Shown in pieces: positions 38,201 to 44,173 of a stretch of 64,000 nucleotides of DNA. The position numbers and the translations under genes were made by a program. The DNA lies in the NCBI GenBank assembly GCA_040756875.1, contig JBFLYH010000002.1, positions 1,055,078-1,119,077 of the forward strand. Reading direction: 5' to 3'. This stretch comes from a candidate division FCPU426 bacterium. GTDB taxonomy: Bacteria; Oederibacteriota; JAAXVQ01; JAUVAV01. The notes under the pieces are model-generated. The model worked only from the letters and a program-made list of their open reading frames with translations, ran no database searches and had not been told where the DNA came from. The number at the start of each line of letters is the position of its first letter. Within the stretch, counting starts at the first letter, position 1.

Positions 38201-41200
38201 ATTGCTTGCCGCAAATCTCCAGCCCGGGATATTGGCAAATGCGCTAGGCATAGCGGATGCATCTGCCTTGACCGGCTTGGTTGGGAAAGTTATGGAAAGC
38301 AATAAAACACTTTCCAAAACGGAAGTGGAAAACATTATTAAAGATAGTTTCCCGGAATTAATGGGCCGAAGCGCTGAAATAGCGGAGTTAGTAAGTAAAC
38401 AGATGAAGTTCAGCTTCCCCACGATGGATGCCCTGCTGACCCAGGCCAACATTGCCAAGCAGCGCACAGAAATAGAAAAGCAGCTCGTTAAATCTGAAGC
38501 GCTTAAAGAAACCGGCATTGAAATAAACGGACAAACTCTGAAAATCATCACTGAATTGATCGTGAGTTTCCAGCTGGATATAAATTACCGCAATTTTGCT
38601 CCCGAGTTGCCTATGCTGAGGTTCTTAGTGCGTCAAACAGAACTGCATTATATGAATATGGAATTGCAAACGAAGAATCCGGCAATGAAAGTGGTTATCG
38701 GCGAGGCATTGCAACTGGCCATGGGCGGCGGCAAATCCTGTTCGCCCTTGGCTATGAAAATCGCAATGGATCTTTTCGCCCGAAACCACTCGGGAGTAGA
38801 GCCTCCGGCTATGTTATATATGACCGCGAACCCGACGTTGGTTAAGCAAATATTAGGCGAACATACTTTCATTAAGATGAGAAATGAAGGAAGGTTAGTA
38901 GAGCTTTCCAAGGAAGGAACGGAGGCTGAATTCAAAAAAGTTGTGGAAAGCGGATTCGAAAAAGGAAAGATGTACGTAACAGATAACGAAACGCTGAAAC
39001 AAATCGTGCTTGATATGAGGAGTGAAGGCAAAACCGACCAGCAAATCGCCAAACTGTTGCAAAAAGACCTTGGCTCCATCGGCTGGGACGAATTCCACGC
39101 GGCTTTCCACACCACGGATACCATCATCGGCGCCTCGGGCATTGCACCGCTTTTAAGTCAGAAAGCCTTGAGCCAGCTCATGCCCATGACGATGAATCTG
39201 CTTAAAAATTACGCCGCGGTGCGGGAGTGGTTCAAGAGCAACGAACTGGTCCGGCAAGGTAAAGAAAGCAAGCTGTTTGAAAATGTTGAGCAGGGGATGG
39301 GTAAAGAAGTCCGCGGCCAATTCCAGTTTACGCAGGAAGCGAAAGCGGAAATATTAGAACGGACCGGTCTGGATTACCGCAAAGCCAGCGACGCTTTCAT
39401 TCTGGACAAAATTGCACAAACCTTGTCCATGAAGAACGGCAGGGAATATTCGGGCCGATACAATGAAATCACTGGCCGAACCGAGTACGGCACCATGGAA
39501 GGTGGCGTAGGCAAACCGAACACTATTTTCGGCGACCAGATGCTGGCAACGTTTACCAATGCCGAGATCTTTCTCGAAGCCACCGGGCTAAAAGCCGAGC
39601 AGATCAGCCGCGAAGGATTTGCCGACACTTATCGTCCTTTCATGGAGTCCATGATCGAAGCTTTTGTGCATACGACGACCGAACGAGTGACCATGATGGA
39701 AGCCATGCACCTAGTCGGTTCGCAGAACATCGTAGGATTCTCCGGGACGTTCGAAGGCATCCAGAATGTATTGCAAATGTGGGGTAAACAGCTGGTGCGT
39801 ATCAACACCGAACCAGTGATTGACCTCATGCAAGTGGTTGGGAACGAAGCGTACTTCAGAGTGAAGATCGGGACAGATGTGCTGACCCTGGCCCGCGACA
39901 TGCGGACCGGCGAAGTCAAGCTGACCCTGGGGCAGGAAGCCATTCAGGCCAATAAAGCCCTGGTGAATGACATTGTTTCGCTGATGGGCAAAAGGCTGGA
40001 AGTAAAGGGACTCGAGGCCGGGCAGACAATCAAAGTGGATGGCGTCCAGCGGAGCGTGAGCAGGGAGTGGCTCAATCGCGAAGGCGGACTGGATATTAAG
40101 AAATTGCAGGCGCGTTTTGGAGAAGGCGTGATTGTGCGCGAATTTACCGGCGGCCGCCTCGTTTTGGATAACGTGTCCGTGAAAGTCACCGAAAAAATGG
40201 TCGATAAACCCATCCAGGGTGCGGAGAAATTCATCCGCCAACAGATCGTGACCGGTGACTACAATGCGGCGCTCGGGGAATTGATGGGTGAAGTCAAGAC
40301 GGCGTTGGGCCGGCAGGGCCGGACGGCGGAAATTAAAGACATCACCCGGGAAAGCGTAAGACGGTATCTCATGGAAAAAAATATCCAGGTGCCGCGTGAG
40401 ACCGGTGCGGATATCGTTGAAGCCTTATTTAAAAACGGAGAATTGGCTACAAAGGTGTTGAAGGAAATGCTGCTACACCCAGGCGAAGGCAAAGTCCAAT
40501 TGATACGGATCGACGGCATTGCACCGGAATTATGGACATATGCCATGAAAGGCTTGGAATCACTAATTAAAACACCCGAGGGAGCTATGCAGGAGCGCGT
40601 GATTTTCGCCCCCAAGATCGGTGAAGGCTTGAATACCGTGGCGATCAAGGGCGATTTCATGAAGCGCATGGGTGCTGCCCTACACCAACTGGATATGCGC
40701 CCCCTGGATGTTTATCGTCAGACCATGAAGCGTTTGAACGTATATGAAGCCCGGGAGAACGGTCTGGACTTCAAACGCGCCCAGGGCCTGACCGGTATGT
40801 CCCTGGACTTCAACCGGCTGAAGAACGTCACCGGCAAGGAATACGGGGAGATGGAAGCGTTCGTCCAGGAAGTCAAGACGACGTTGGCCGGCGAAACCAG
40901 TCTGGGGGTTAAGGTGGAAAAGGGCGAATTGGCGGTGAACGATGCGGTTTCAGGCCGCAATGCCGAGCTGATCAAACGGTTCAATGACCTTCTGATCGGC
41001 GAAGGAAAAGTGGAGGAATTCCAGCAGGAAAGTGGAAAAACGGAGCTGGTTAATAAAAATTACAGCAGCCGGACTGAAGCGGGCGTGGCGAAAAGCATTC
41101 TGACCGAAGTGGATATGCAAAAAACCCGCGCGGCCCAGCAGACCCAAGCTGGAATCCAGTCGGAGACGACAGTGGATGTGGGCGTGGCCAAGGCCTCGCC

Positions 41201-44108
41201 CGAATACATGTCCAAGTTGGCCCGGAAAGTAGAGAGTAATCTGCCAGAAATCATGCGCAAACTCCAGGGCATCAATGATCTGGAAGCCCGTCTCAATGGT
41301 AGCAGCGAAGCACAGGGCAGGATATTGAAGGATGCGGCCTTGCCGCCTTCAGCCCTGCAAACGTATGGTTCCTGGACCAGGCTGGGCTGGATCGAGAACT
41401 TCGTGGACAGCCGCATCAGCGCGCTGAAGTTATCCAGTTCCAAGATTCAACTGGTTAACGAGTACGCTAAAGCCTGGCAGGATCCGCAGTGGCAGCAACA
41501 GCATGCCGAGCAGGTGGCTGCGCTGCAAAGCCAGTACGGGTCGGATTGGTTTGAGCCGGCCATGGCGGATAAGTTTGGAGCGGATTGGAAACTATATGAG
41601 AAACTGGGGACGGCGTTAGCCATTCAAACTCAAGGCTTGCCGTTGATCGGACGGATACCCTTGGTCGGCAATGGTATGAGCAATTTAGTGGCGGCGCTGC
41701 TGACGAATAGGCAGATTAAAAACCTGCCCAGGCAGGAATACCAGGCCGTATTACAAAATGTGGCCAGTGTCAGCGAGAAACTGCCTGAATTGGCAGCTGA
41801 CCCCGAAAATACCACGCTAACCTATCAAGGCCGGACCATGGATTTGCAGGGTGCAGAGCAGTACGTGCGCAGTCAAGTGAACGCTGCCAGCTATTATACG
41901 GCGGTCAACGGATTCAAGGTGGCAGATACGGTTTTGACTACGCCGATCAAACCTCAGGATAAAGTGCAACCCACGCTAGTGCAGGCAGCGGCAGAGACGG
42001 CCTTGCAGCAGCGACAGTTGCCTGTCAGGATGGCGGAATGGGTCAAGGGTCAGTGGAGTGACCTCTTACGCGGCCTGCAGCAGTCCAAATTTGTCATACC
42101 ATTCTTTAAAATTCAGGATGGTTGGATTGTACCTACAAAAGTGACTACGTTGTTGGTCGGCGCCGCAATGGTAGGGCTGCTTAGCATGACCGGCTTGCCC
42201 ATTCTCGGATTAGCGGGCGGACTTCTGCTTATGCCCATGTTGCAGCCGCTTTTGCAGCAGGCAACCAGGTTCCTGCCTGGGGCACAGGCCCAGGTTGGCC
42301 GCAAAGAAGCGTCGTTGATGGTACGCTTGGTTGCTCCAGTGGTTCTTTCCTTGTTGGTGGGCACGTTGCTGGGTTCGCCTGCCACGGGTGTGTGCGGTGC
42401 GATTTCGGCGGCTACCGGGACATTGACTGAAGGCACGTTGCGTACTTTGTCGGAGTCCAAATTCCGGGCTACAGTGAACCGCATCAGCGATTCCCGGCTG
42501 GGAGCCGGGGAGATGAAGGCGGATTCCCTGAGATTGGTGGAACGTTTCAAAGCCGAGGCCAAAGGAAAAGAGCAAGATGGCAAAGCGGTATATGGCATTC
42601 TGAAAGGACTGCTGTCCAAACCGGAATTTGGCGATATAACCTTGGAGGCGAGCGACTCCGCCCAATACTACGGCTATATGCATCTCGTCGCTGCGGTTTT
42701 GAGTCTGGTGCCGCGGGCCACGGAGAGCCTGGACCGGGTGGAACTGGGGCAGAACACGTCCAAGTCGGCGGCTGCCGAGCGAACCGGGGTTAGGGTAGAC
42801 CAGCAGTCCATAAAATTCCTTAACCAACAATTCTCGGATATTTTGATAACCCAGACATTGCTGGCGGTCAAGGGGCGGCTGTTCAGTGATGCACAGTCGT
42901 ACTCCTTGAACGAAATGCTGCGGCAGCACCGGCTGTTCAAGGAATTCGGGAGCAACGCGCTGGTGGAATTCATGCGGCAGTATCTGGTGGACGGTGAAAA
43001 TATGAAAGCCTTGGCCAGCCAGGATGAAACCCTGCGCGGTGTGTATCAACAGGTAAAAGAGCGATTGGGCCGCGAATATGGGGAAAGGGATCTGCGGGAT
43101 CTAACCGAGGCGGCCGGGGAGCTGGAGAATACCGCCTTTGGCCTTATGAAAGGGAAGGCGGCGGATATCCGGCGCGAATCTGATCCGGAACAACGTCGCG
43201 GGCTGGAAGTGGCGTTCGAGGCGACTTTCGGGATCAATTATGTTGATTATTTGAAACTGCAGAAATCGCCCTGGCAGCAGCAGTTATTGGGTTGGATTGC
43301 GGGCAAAGACCGTTTACAACGGACCGAGCAGCCGGTAATGACCGTGCGCAGCATGGCTCAGCAGTTGGTCGGTCTGGGCATGGTAGTGGCCGTGGCCGGC
43401 GGGTTGTTGTTCGGTCTGTTGAGCGGAGCTTTGCCAGTCCTCGTCGCGTCAGCTGGATTGCTGATCGCTGTAACCGGCGCGGCGGTGTGGCTGCAGGCCA
43501 GGTCTATTGCCTTTGGCCTGAACCCTGCGGCAGCGGTGGAAGAGTTGCTGGCAAGCACGCCGTTCATTTCGCGCCACCCGCGGATGGAGGCGGATGCGCA
43601 GCGGATCGCGCAACTGGCCGGAAAGGAAGAATTCGAACAGCGGAAAGTGTTCGCGGCGCAATACGGGATCAGTCACGAGACCTACCAGAAAATCGCACTA
43701 GCGACATTGATATCCGATCCGTATTTCACGAAAGCGGTGAATGGGTTGAGGATCGCGGGCACGGAGATGGTGTCGGAAACCATGCGCAATCGTGCCATCC
43801 GGGCCACCTTGGAGCACCTGCTGGCCGTGGCCGAATCCGATGCCAGCATGGAAACGAAGCTGGATTTAACCAGGGATTTGGCCCAAGTGCTTGGATTCCT
43901 TGGTTTCAACATCAGCTTGACGTACAAGAAGTATGCGGATGAACTGGCCGTGACCCTGACGCCGGAGGTAGTGCCGCGGACCCTGACGCAGGACTACAAG
44001 CTTGGACGGATCATCAAACGGCTGGAAGGGCTGGGCATCGGGTTGAAATTGGATGTGGCGCCGTTGCAGAAGCAGCCGAAGCTCAAGACTACGGGCAGCG
44101 CAGCTTAA
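23277..44108 (+). CDS. Giant multidomain membrane/exported protein (~6,943 aa) with a SecA-like ATPase region
   Basis: Uninterrupted 20.8-kb ORF. GAGG RBS favours the ATG at 23277 over the track start 23268. N-terminal hydrophobic segment, acidic region, hydrophobic clusters, 74-aa repeats, coiled coils, QLAMGGGKS / DEFH / GFSGT motifs, C-terminal TM segments. Confidence 0.9.
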   Translation: MKTITQFWSQAAILSRQLWRVARERHRKVISLVLAMIFVFTMTGMDTILAYGFDNNRHENYDQQNDLLPPANPLEQAQPDAFISVNAPTDKKADVADTRLNVLKAEYGDLLSTVSLQTVAEKTLAGVSVDTALKWVAEVVAPKGEQPAGTQPEEETTEQPAVDPSLLADVATTSQGPLSLSLNLDGLSGKGRLSDETDLAQLPIPAEMLPKEITPSEQPETVEPAAVAQETQPSAQPLEAGLPKVDESAKPEQPVEGGQLPEIQVVEQPKDQGGETKVTETEETEKKNNAETSLADLTKQFLALLGMNDKLKEDTAAKTEETKLPEETTETGSKETVLPEDAQAKKDGTETLAEGEEKPKTEVEQPAAEEKPEGEEKVAKEEKEEDGEQPAEDKDNEGDEKRAELPDQVLRLLGLGEKDKETEKDTEVEGPDSLEDFFALLGDEERKEDGETSSKEVDLDVDALLDELNAQGIEPPKEIDEPASMLADLVDRPQTEEKPEETLLPETEQPVENTDTVLTDDTEIALVGPEAGMVEEEKEPKETEGTAPTENKPEETDGVEAASIHALPDVTQLRQEALLVNILGTDATQQPETNLAAEVSDAFKRGASMILGPDANLPESLSPATTQLEPAGVSEATLPATVGTIPQVFIEQISANLTAADEQGAAATQAGPEDIRGTRSSALADLLNVSEDESRVPTAPGVIINQQSTDRTPDYWAGGSAWDIARIYGHPEQPEQENPDPECTDFLGLAIVMFIFQGPKAMMDFFQNPSLETFMEMFMILTDPVYYIYKIVDALINFSWDTMQEFGEFANSPFGKLFMFIISVVLTIFTCGSAAPILIALIILIELIQTFVPLPKWLDIALSIVKAALGGWASAIKDTFKQAITEVVKNVIQAISDLIKTLTKDVLKAIIKAVLKETIVQILQEVLPEDLLFYMPLISIMADWLAAGLTEMFMGEDGKGFTDGFVKAFKQSFNITPETFSTFTGFVKFMTSPAMRAGLAFLIQSLFVNSGEENGAKAAQDRRAGAIWGAMASGFLGWVDASVSTRIPLTFMQQVGMFLFNFVRPVVAKTVSTIVSQYAPSDSNGGAKWGDNQKYFVANTWGTIAERMVPGYQVDQSGARWSWLPTEIASVFSSDSMSSGNASTAAGSMGDSKGIQGASAGQAGFLNGVQAAEQLGPANSEVQQAEMPAKVEAQSPISTDSHAVKEESEITESESPFNEMEQQLNLGQEIQNPNQNAPQQQQQNLEQQRSASGLPKQTEEKKAEAPSRSEQQIQQQQPKQQPEKQPEKLETPYEQPQYNQQESLPDNNNNEREELNSPSLDNSNRDNEMEVPQDPMQEVKDLKLPGAHMPQKGELKQGDELERLDEIKTPKGSTVEKTASEALNDGNGQGDGNGQGGGNGAGQGDNGVEAYQGVTQNMQMNLSQHREQLETMKQTGELPAKFAPAENSTVRTATLASDSIPTDSALGQVVENLTREGSLPYGGDFNLKVETFQNQAGNQIMAVSSIDASTGQTQLLALTEKIGNEHITTTFRENTEGPGAVANVYAGDQKGDALMANDFAIPDLDVKRGLGELTKGSGLSGREQAKAGGERLLEGDQLEETGETSRGSDRNRPGENKDQDAMAAGAFKGGKGSGPGGENSGKAEGWNQGSDATLYKGENGGLEVKGSMDALKQVMDASGQVDLSKLSGRQNADGTMTYEAPGVQITATPAALNEATAGGSSLDMSRLQPVAGEQLPATLTNNDGLDIRGSPQALDKLKDANGQLDLKQFSAQTMKDGTVKLQGPEGVEISGTPDALAKAAGKENQLDLGKFQPKSSEAQAGKTTVTEPPKNFEAPPAEQNDKAVGEGTSLISSNKEIDPSRRDVKMSEQEGPRPATPDKPQEITSGQVEVPKKYNLFQTAMAKLFTLGSWEPGTTMATTYTFEVDGRTVSMQFVPERTGSGNAVGSMDVKGSDGETYKVTLGSNGEVTGVMQYVVAGGFWKGTLALRPVGGNEAFAFNEWGEMDRLYTKNADGSWTLSKERKYTQDAQGRWVGAMIDANVAGQLSKDELRNLILAMNADPAVLAQNRSYQDYLKDLKLTPGTAEYDAKLKELALPLGLSAIQQAQSYVNQLLSQGATGSKLESAYRTLALAEQKVYSLDQTKVNFASLVEHARLSQDAPLMLKAADYQLSQGDKSGAVVTLQAALTSLRNLPPTPLTMDQALRGLELLQQAGQTETQVYQTTLTFVENQLKVSALTPLTLSQSLRLNEVAGSAVVSDERLMQLRNAVESVVNDNQAKIKAGSSYTVQGFGVISKSATGDVTVQTQVSEDTAASITFKAVKEERPFEPAGRLEMEQVVVVDNLGVLQMFAAQPEGFALTTVGLTKTVTIGNKTFTTRILSDINNTTGQAAGTIKVDDKIYSVRVNLETGDVQVKLEAEKPAGKLDLSAWNRARLTFVNGEAYFTINGKTEKAQVINQVTAEQLQQLNVPANQAKVIADLLKGRSGYLASDGTIFVGTQQEIEAGNYFVAGRNQFGTNQNDLGYLAKFVDGNLQRVDLSDGKIISVLSKDLSRYTVTQYSEDGKRVAVSLYEKSALVGTKLILRDINNVALLYDAKGQLTQASRESLRHLQAQGVQFNEVQGGFTLRYKDQESAFTANGRPLATGNKEQGAGEGGSKEGTSEQQKSGTSSQQTLEFFDQQAITLNIASYKDPDGIRIKTNNFEYTTITVQASTNGEVTKVVLKSTVTAQVTQRIVSNDSQTMTETGRFRNSGELEKGTRHLVASKLTQTDDKTGQTITRTNVDSLSEIEDGKEKSNRMTFELEELRNQAGNLIRMVERGEYISKMVGGKLETHLENGRVQEWGSGTINGVQYTNYHTTTNIVNGEQRLESMTFARAESMENGVKRVITNGRYQGFYNEAAKKWDVKLQSGRVEEWGGSQTMNGTTYTNYHTVTNVVNGNQRLQSMSFASATSMENGVKRVITNGLYQGFYNEAAKKWDIKLQSGRVEEWGGEQTINGTVYKNYHTITNVLNGNQQLQSMTFASATSMENGVKRVITNGEYVGFTNADTKKWDVRLQSGRVEEWGGEQTINGTVYKNYHTITNVLNGNQQLQSMTFASATSMENGIKRVITNGEYIGFENADTKKWDVKLQSGRVEEWGGSQTMNGVTYKDYHTITNVVSGDQQLQSMTFARAESMENGVKRVITNGEYKGFYNQTDKKWDIRLENGLVDESVAQKVENQTDPKLGTLTITNSDVHTITRIESGKAVEVTTTIGHSVSKDSSGRVVTDEKGISKVLTNPQFNEKGVLISGTQKMTVEERKEYNVKFDDQTQRYIVADDKVTKSYKVESTAEIEQGRVISNRTEIQRMTTLNESGRVVAEDFNIVQSMAILKTYTKGVFGSDREVVVNITEGKSGSQVILNGDREHAIAMGAGVKVSADGDKIIVQDARGVLREFTAGGKETTGWFQARANDWNAYSAKIDALVNKVETAWNEGRYGMAILHAGNYLLSGTLDALVYVLQTAWAVVEGAVVLSVNVTTAPFTGLYTIGSNLINGRDWNEGLWDAMTRPGQAVLDGFKGALNFVFSPLDKALNWASEKVLGWAEALTDTAEWAADHNDIIGAVILSAAAIVLKVVGENLPTLVIIAVSFIPVVGGAIATIMLARDALTRGLGSMFESFFIEPFIKIGTGIYQLATISTNKTEVSVTRQIINATSLIGGGIVGLALAKMMLKGAIEQFKAARGEISLAQVKGYLQELAQAGELHKVMGKTLGEIVKDAGMKMKGEPAWAKFKFDDLTVPQLRGETLGNLMSKPGGAELLKSLFTYGAEGGGFRMNDLALPKAKEIEVGRVQKAIEFLSEKAAEKVGLELPKQTRVIDQPLAEAVRPADVGLSRLTGMGSGLATFAVETIKSQFQMMAHAFGTIRSIMTTTFKAGLNLASNLVVEKAGLGYTAGYQKASETVRSAVKDFAKTSTGEFLQKFSSEGLSNTFSRVADSVRSVSNQLANSMASAFSRLTGSSVRLASNFNQPLGEGTYARKGMSERPGAGVDANGVKTEAGQQRSAMQDTQAMLKGAREELSTARSNKASAEVIGRLEANVRTIEAAAKNLETALKIKDLEVSRSTEGKAPETEQTALERQQLSLAKDAIEGRNTAESIQKEIAKTEADISKLQAEAKTEAGKTEIESLTGKLKGLQEQQKQAEQQMKNAEQQLSLTDQIHQAQQDTGRLKGELDEARSQRDAGSPEESSANAASVRRLEQEISKTQADEKVGREQQKVLDLQTELSKAHARGDLADYAQIAKDLTAAEQGLHRSLTEQSNAQKQFNSSVAKESQMTVSGKLEAMAQASGMSRAVLETKVEQVVDKIGDHTRSRAVKSALVDLMSGNSRNPGEAMKVLEQNSLGLKACMEALVANGLEAQAMNFLDQVGKTKGATTAERNAAAESFGLQPRGLEVELNRQLGAQLKAENPLGLEGGSRRGMTREERSQLLKDVAKSLTLEQYNRLMQAQLNGENITNLLKSMRTEGAGKSLNEVLKGDVAGKTQAFAEQLSKTLSEAGVEMNASRRQMVNEIAEKLTLESYRQLRSELLTSPDPVKSLETALRSEESVMPTKSGQNAAAERLLGGENNRLESSYSPEFAETLQAFRGELAKSNSVDEALRTKENVAKALEKLTNEVGQREVQKLTSSLNEAQVKNLLKAETVEMAEARLKAMMQESAVQQAGTEGAVNSLQHEVNTQMSRVEGRLERLQQVEAAKQKLHDAKQDYNNAKTFADKVAAEKAVQNAQQNLRVTELLAERNPAVGNALAEAWARWQAERGLASADQVQLRIQVEQAISSITDPALKQSVKMELERFNKLQESIEKDQAALGRASRFGSSKGQIEARMLENIKQRQNLLAELNKSGHADRLLESMELQGMTSRKLLEPAAGQADALGATIRDILGNLRAELLQPKALSEALGVDVTKLCLELGRTSEIFNENVVRETIEKSFPELASKSGAIIDAMSKQLLAANLQPGILANALGIADASALTGLVGKVMESNKTLSKTEVENIIKDSFPELMGRSAEIAELVSKQMKFSFPTMDALLTQANIAKQRTEIEKQLVKSEALKETGIEINGQTLKIITELIVSFQLDINYRNFAPELPMLRFLVRQTELHYMNMELQTKNPAMKVVIGEALQLAMGGGKSCSPLAMKIAMDLFARNHSGVEPPAMLYMTANPTLVKQILGEHTFIKMRNEGRLVELSKEGTEAEFKKVVESGFEKGKMYVTDNETLKQIVLDMRSEGKTDQQIAKLLQKDLGSIGWDEFHAAFHTTDTIIGASGIAPLLSQKALSQLMPMTMNLLKNYAAVREWFKSNELVRQGKESKLFENVEQGMGKEVRGQFQFTQEAKAEILERTGLDYRKASDAFILDKIAQTLSMKNGREYSGRYNEITGRTEYGTMEGGVGKPNTIFGDQMLATFTNAEIFLEATGLKAEQISREGFADTYRPFMESMIEAFVHTTTERVTMMEAMHLVGSQNIVGFSGTFEGIQNVLQMWGKQLVRINTEPVIDLMQVVGNEAYFRVKIGTDVLTLARDMRTGEVKLTLGQEAIQANKALVNDIVSLMGKRLEVKGLEAGQTIKVDGVQRSVSREWLNREGGLDIKKLQARFGEGVIVREFTGGRLVLDNVSVKVTEKMVDKPIQGAEKFIRQQIVTGDYNAALGELMGEVKTALGRQGRTAEIKDITRESVRRYLMEKNIQVPRETGADIVEALFKNGELATKVLKEMLLHPGEGKVQLIRIDGIAPELWTYAMKGLESLIKTPEGAMQERVIFAPKIGEGLNTVAIKGDFMKRMGAALHQLDMRPLDVYRQTMKRLNVYEARENGLDFKRAQGLTGMSLDFNRLKNVTGKEYGEMEAFVQEVKTTLAGETSLGVKVEKGELAVNDAVSGRNAELIKRFNDLLIGEGKVEEFQQESGKTELVNKNYSSRTEAGVAKSILTEVDMQKTRAAQQTQAGIQSETTVDVGVAKASPEYMSKLARKVESNLPEIMRKLQGINDLEARLNGSSEAQGRILKDAALPPSALQTYGSWTRLGWIENFVDSRISALKLSSSKIQLVNEYAKAWQDPQWQQQHAEQVAALQSQYGSDWFEPAMADKFGADWKLYEKLGTALAIQTQGLPLIGRIPLVGNGMSNLVAALLTNRQIKNLPRQEYQAVLQNVASVSEKLPELAADPENTTLTYQGRTMDLQGAEQYVRSQVNAASYYTAVNGFKVADTVLTTPIKPQDKVQPTLVQAAAETALQQRQLPVRMAEWVKGQWSDLLRGLQQSKFVIPFFKIQDGWIVPTKVTTLLVGAAMVGLLSMTGLPILGLAGGLLLMPMLQPLLQQATRFLPGAQAQVGRKEASLMVRLVAPVVLSLLVGTLLGSPATGVCGAISAATGTLTEGTLRTLSESKFRATVNRISDSRLGAGEMKADSLRLVERFKAEAKGKEQDGKAVYGILKGLLSKPEFGDITLEASDSAQYYGYMHLVAAVLSLVPRATESLDRVELGQNTSKSAAAERTGVRVDQQSIKFLNQQFSDILITQTLLAVKGRLFSDAQSYSLNEMLRQHRLFKEFGSNALVEFMRQYLVDGENMKALASQDETLRGVYQQVKERLGREYGERDLRDLTEAAGELENTAFGLMKGKAADIRRESDPEQRRGLEVAFEATFGINYVDYLKLQKSPWQQQLLGWIAGKDRLQRTEQPVMTVRSMAQQLVGLGMVVAVAGGLLFGLLSGALPVLVASAGLLIAVTGAAVWLQARSIAFGLNPAAAVEELLASTPFISRHPRMEADAQRIAQLAGKEEFEQRKVFAAQYGISHETYQKIALATLISDPYFTKAVNGLRIAGTEMVSETMRNRAIRATLEHLLAVAESDASMETKLDLTRDLAQVLGFLGFNISLTYKKYADELAVTLTPEVVPRTLTQDYKLGRIIKRLEGLGIGLKLDVAPLQKQPKLKTTGSAA
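31779..32885 (+). repeat. Five tandem 222-bp (74-aa) coding repeats in giant 1
   Basis: Units start at 31779 (219 bp), 31998, 32220, 32442 and 32664: GRVEEWGG...YHT.TN..NG.Q.LQSM.FA.A.SMENGVKRVITNG.Y.GF.N...KKWD..LQS. Confidence 0.95.
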
Positions 44109-44133
44109 CCCTATCACCGGAGGGTTTGAAAGC

Positions 44134-44172
44134 AATCCCGGTTCCCCGGAAAACGGGGAACCGGGATTTTTT
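44134..44172 (+). terminator. Rho-independent terminator after giant 1, between convergent genes
   Basis: Perfect 15-bp stem AATCCCGGTTCCCCG-gaaaa-CGGGGAACCGGGATT running into a T tract. Confidence 0.9.
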
Positions 44173-44173
44173 A

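Noticed and set aside
38700-40760. Calling giant 1 the housekeeping secA
   Set aside because: The motifs are divergent and embedded in a protein several times SecA's length, so no gene symbol was assigned.
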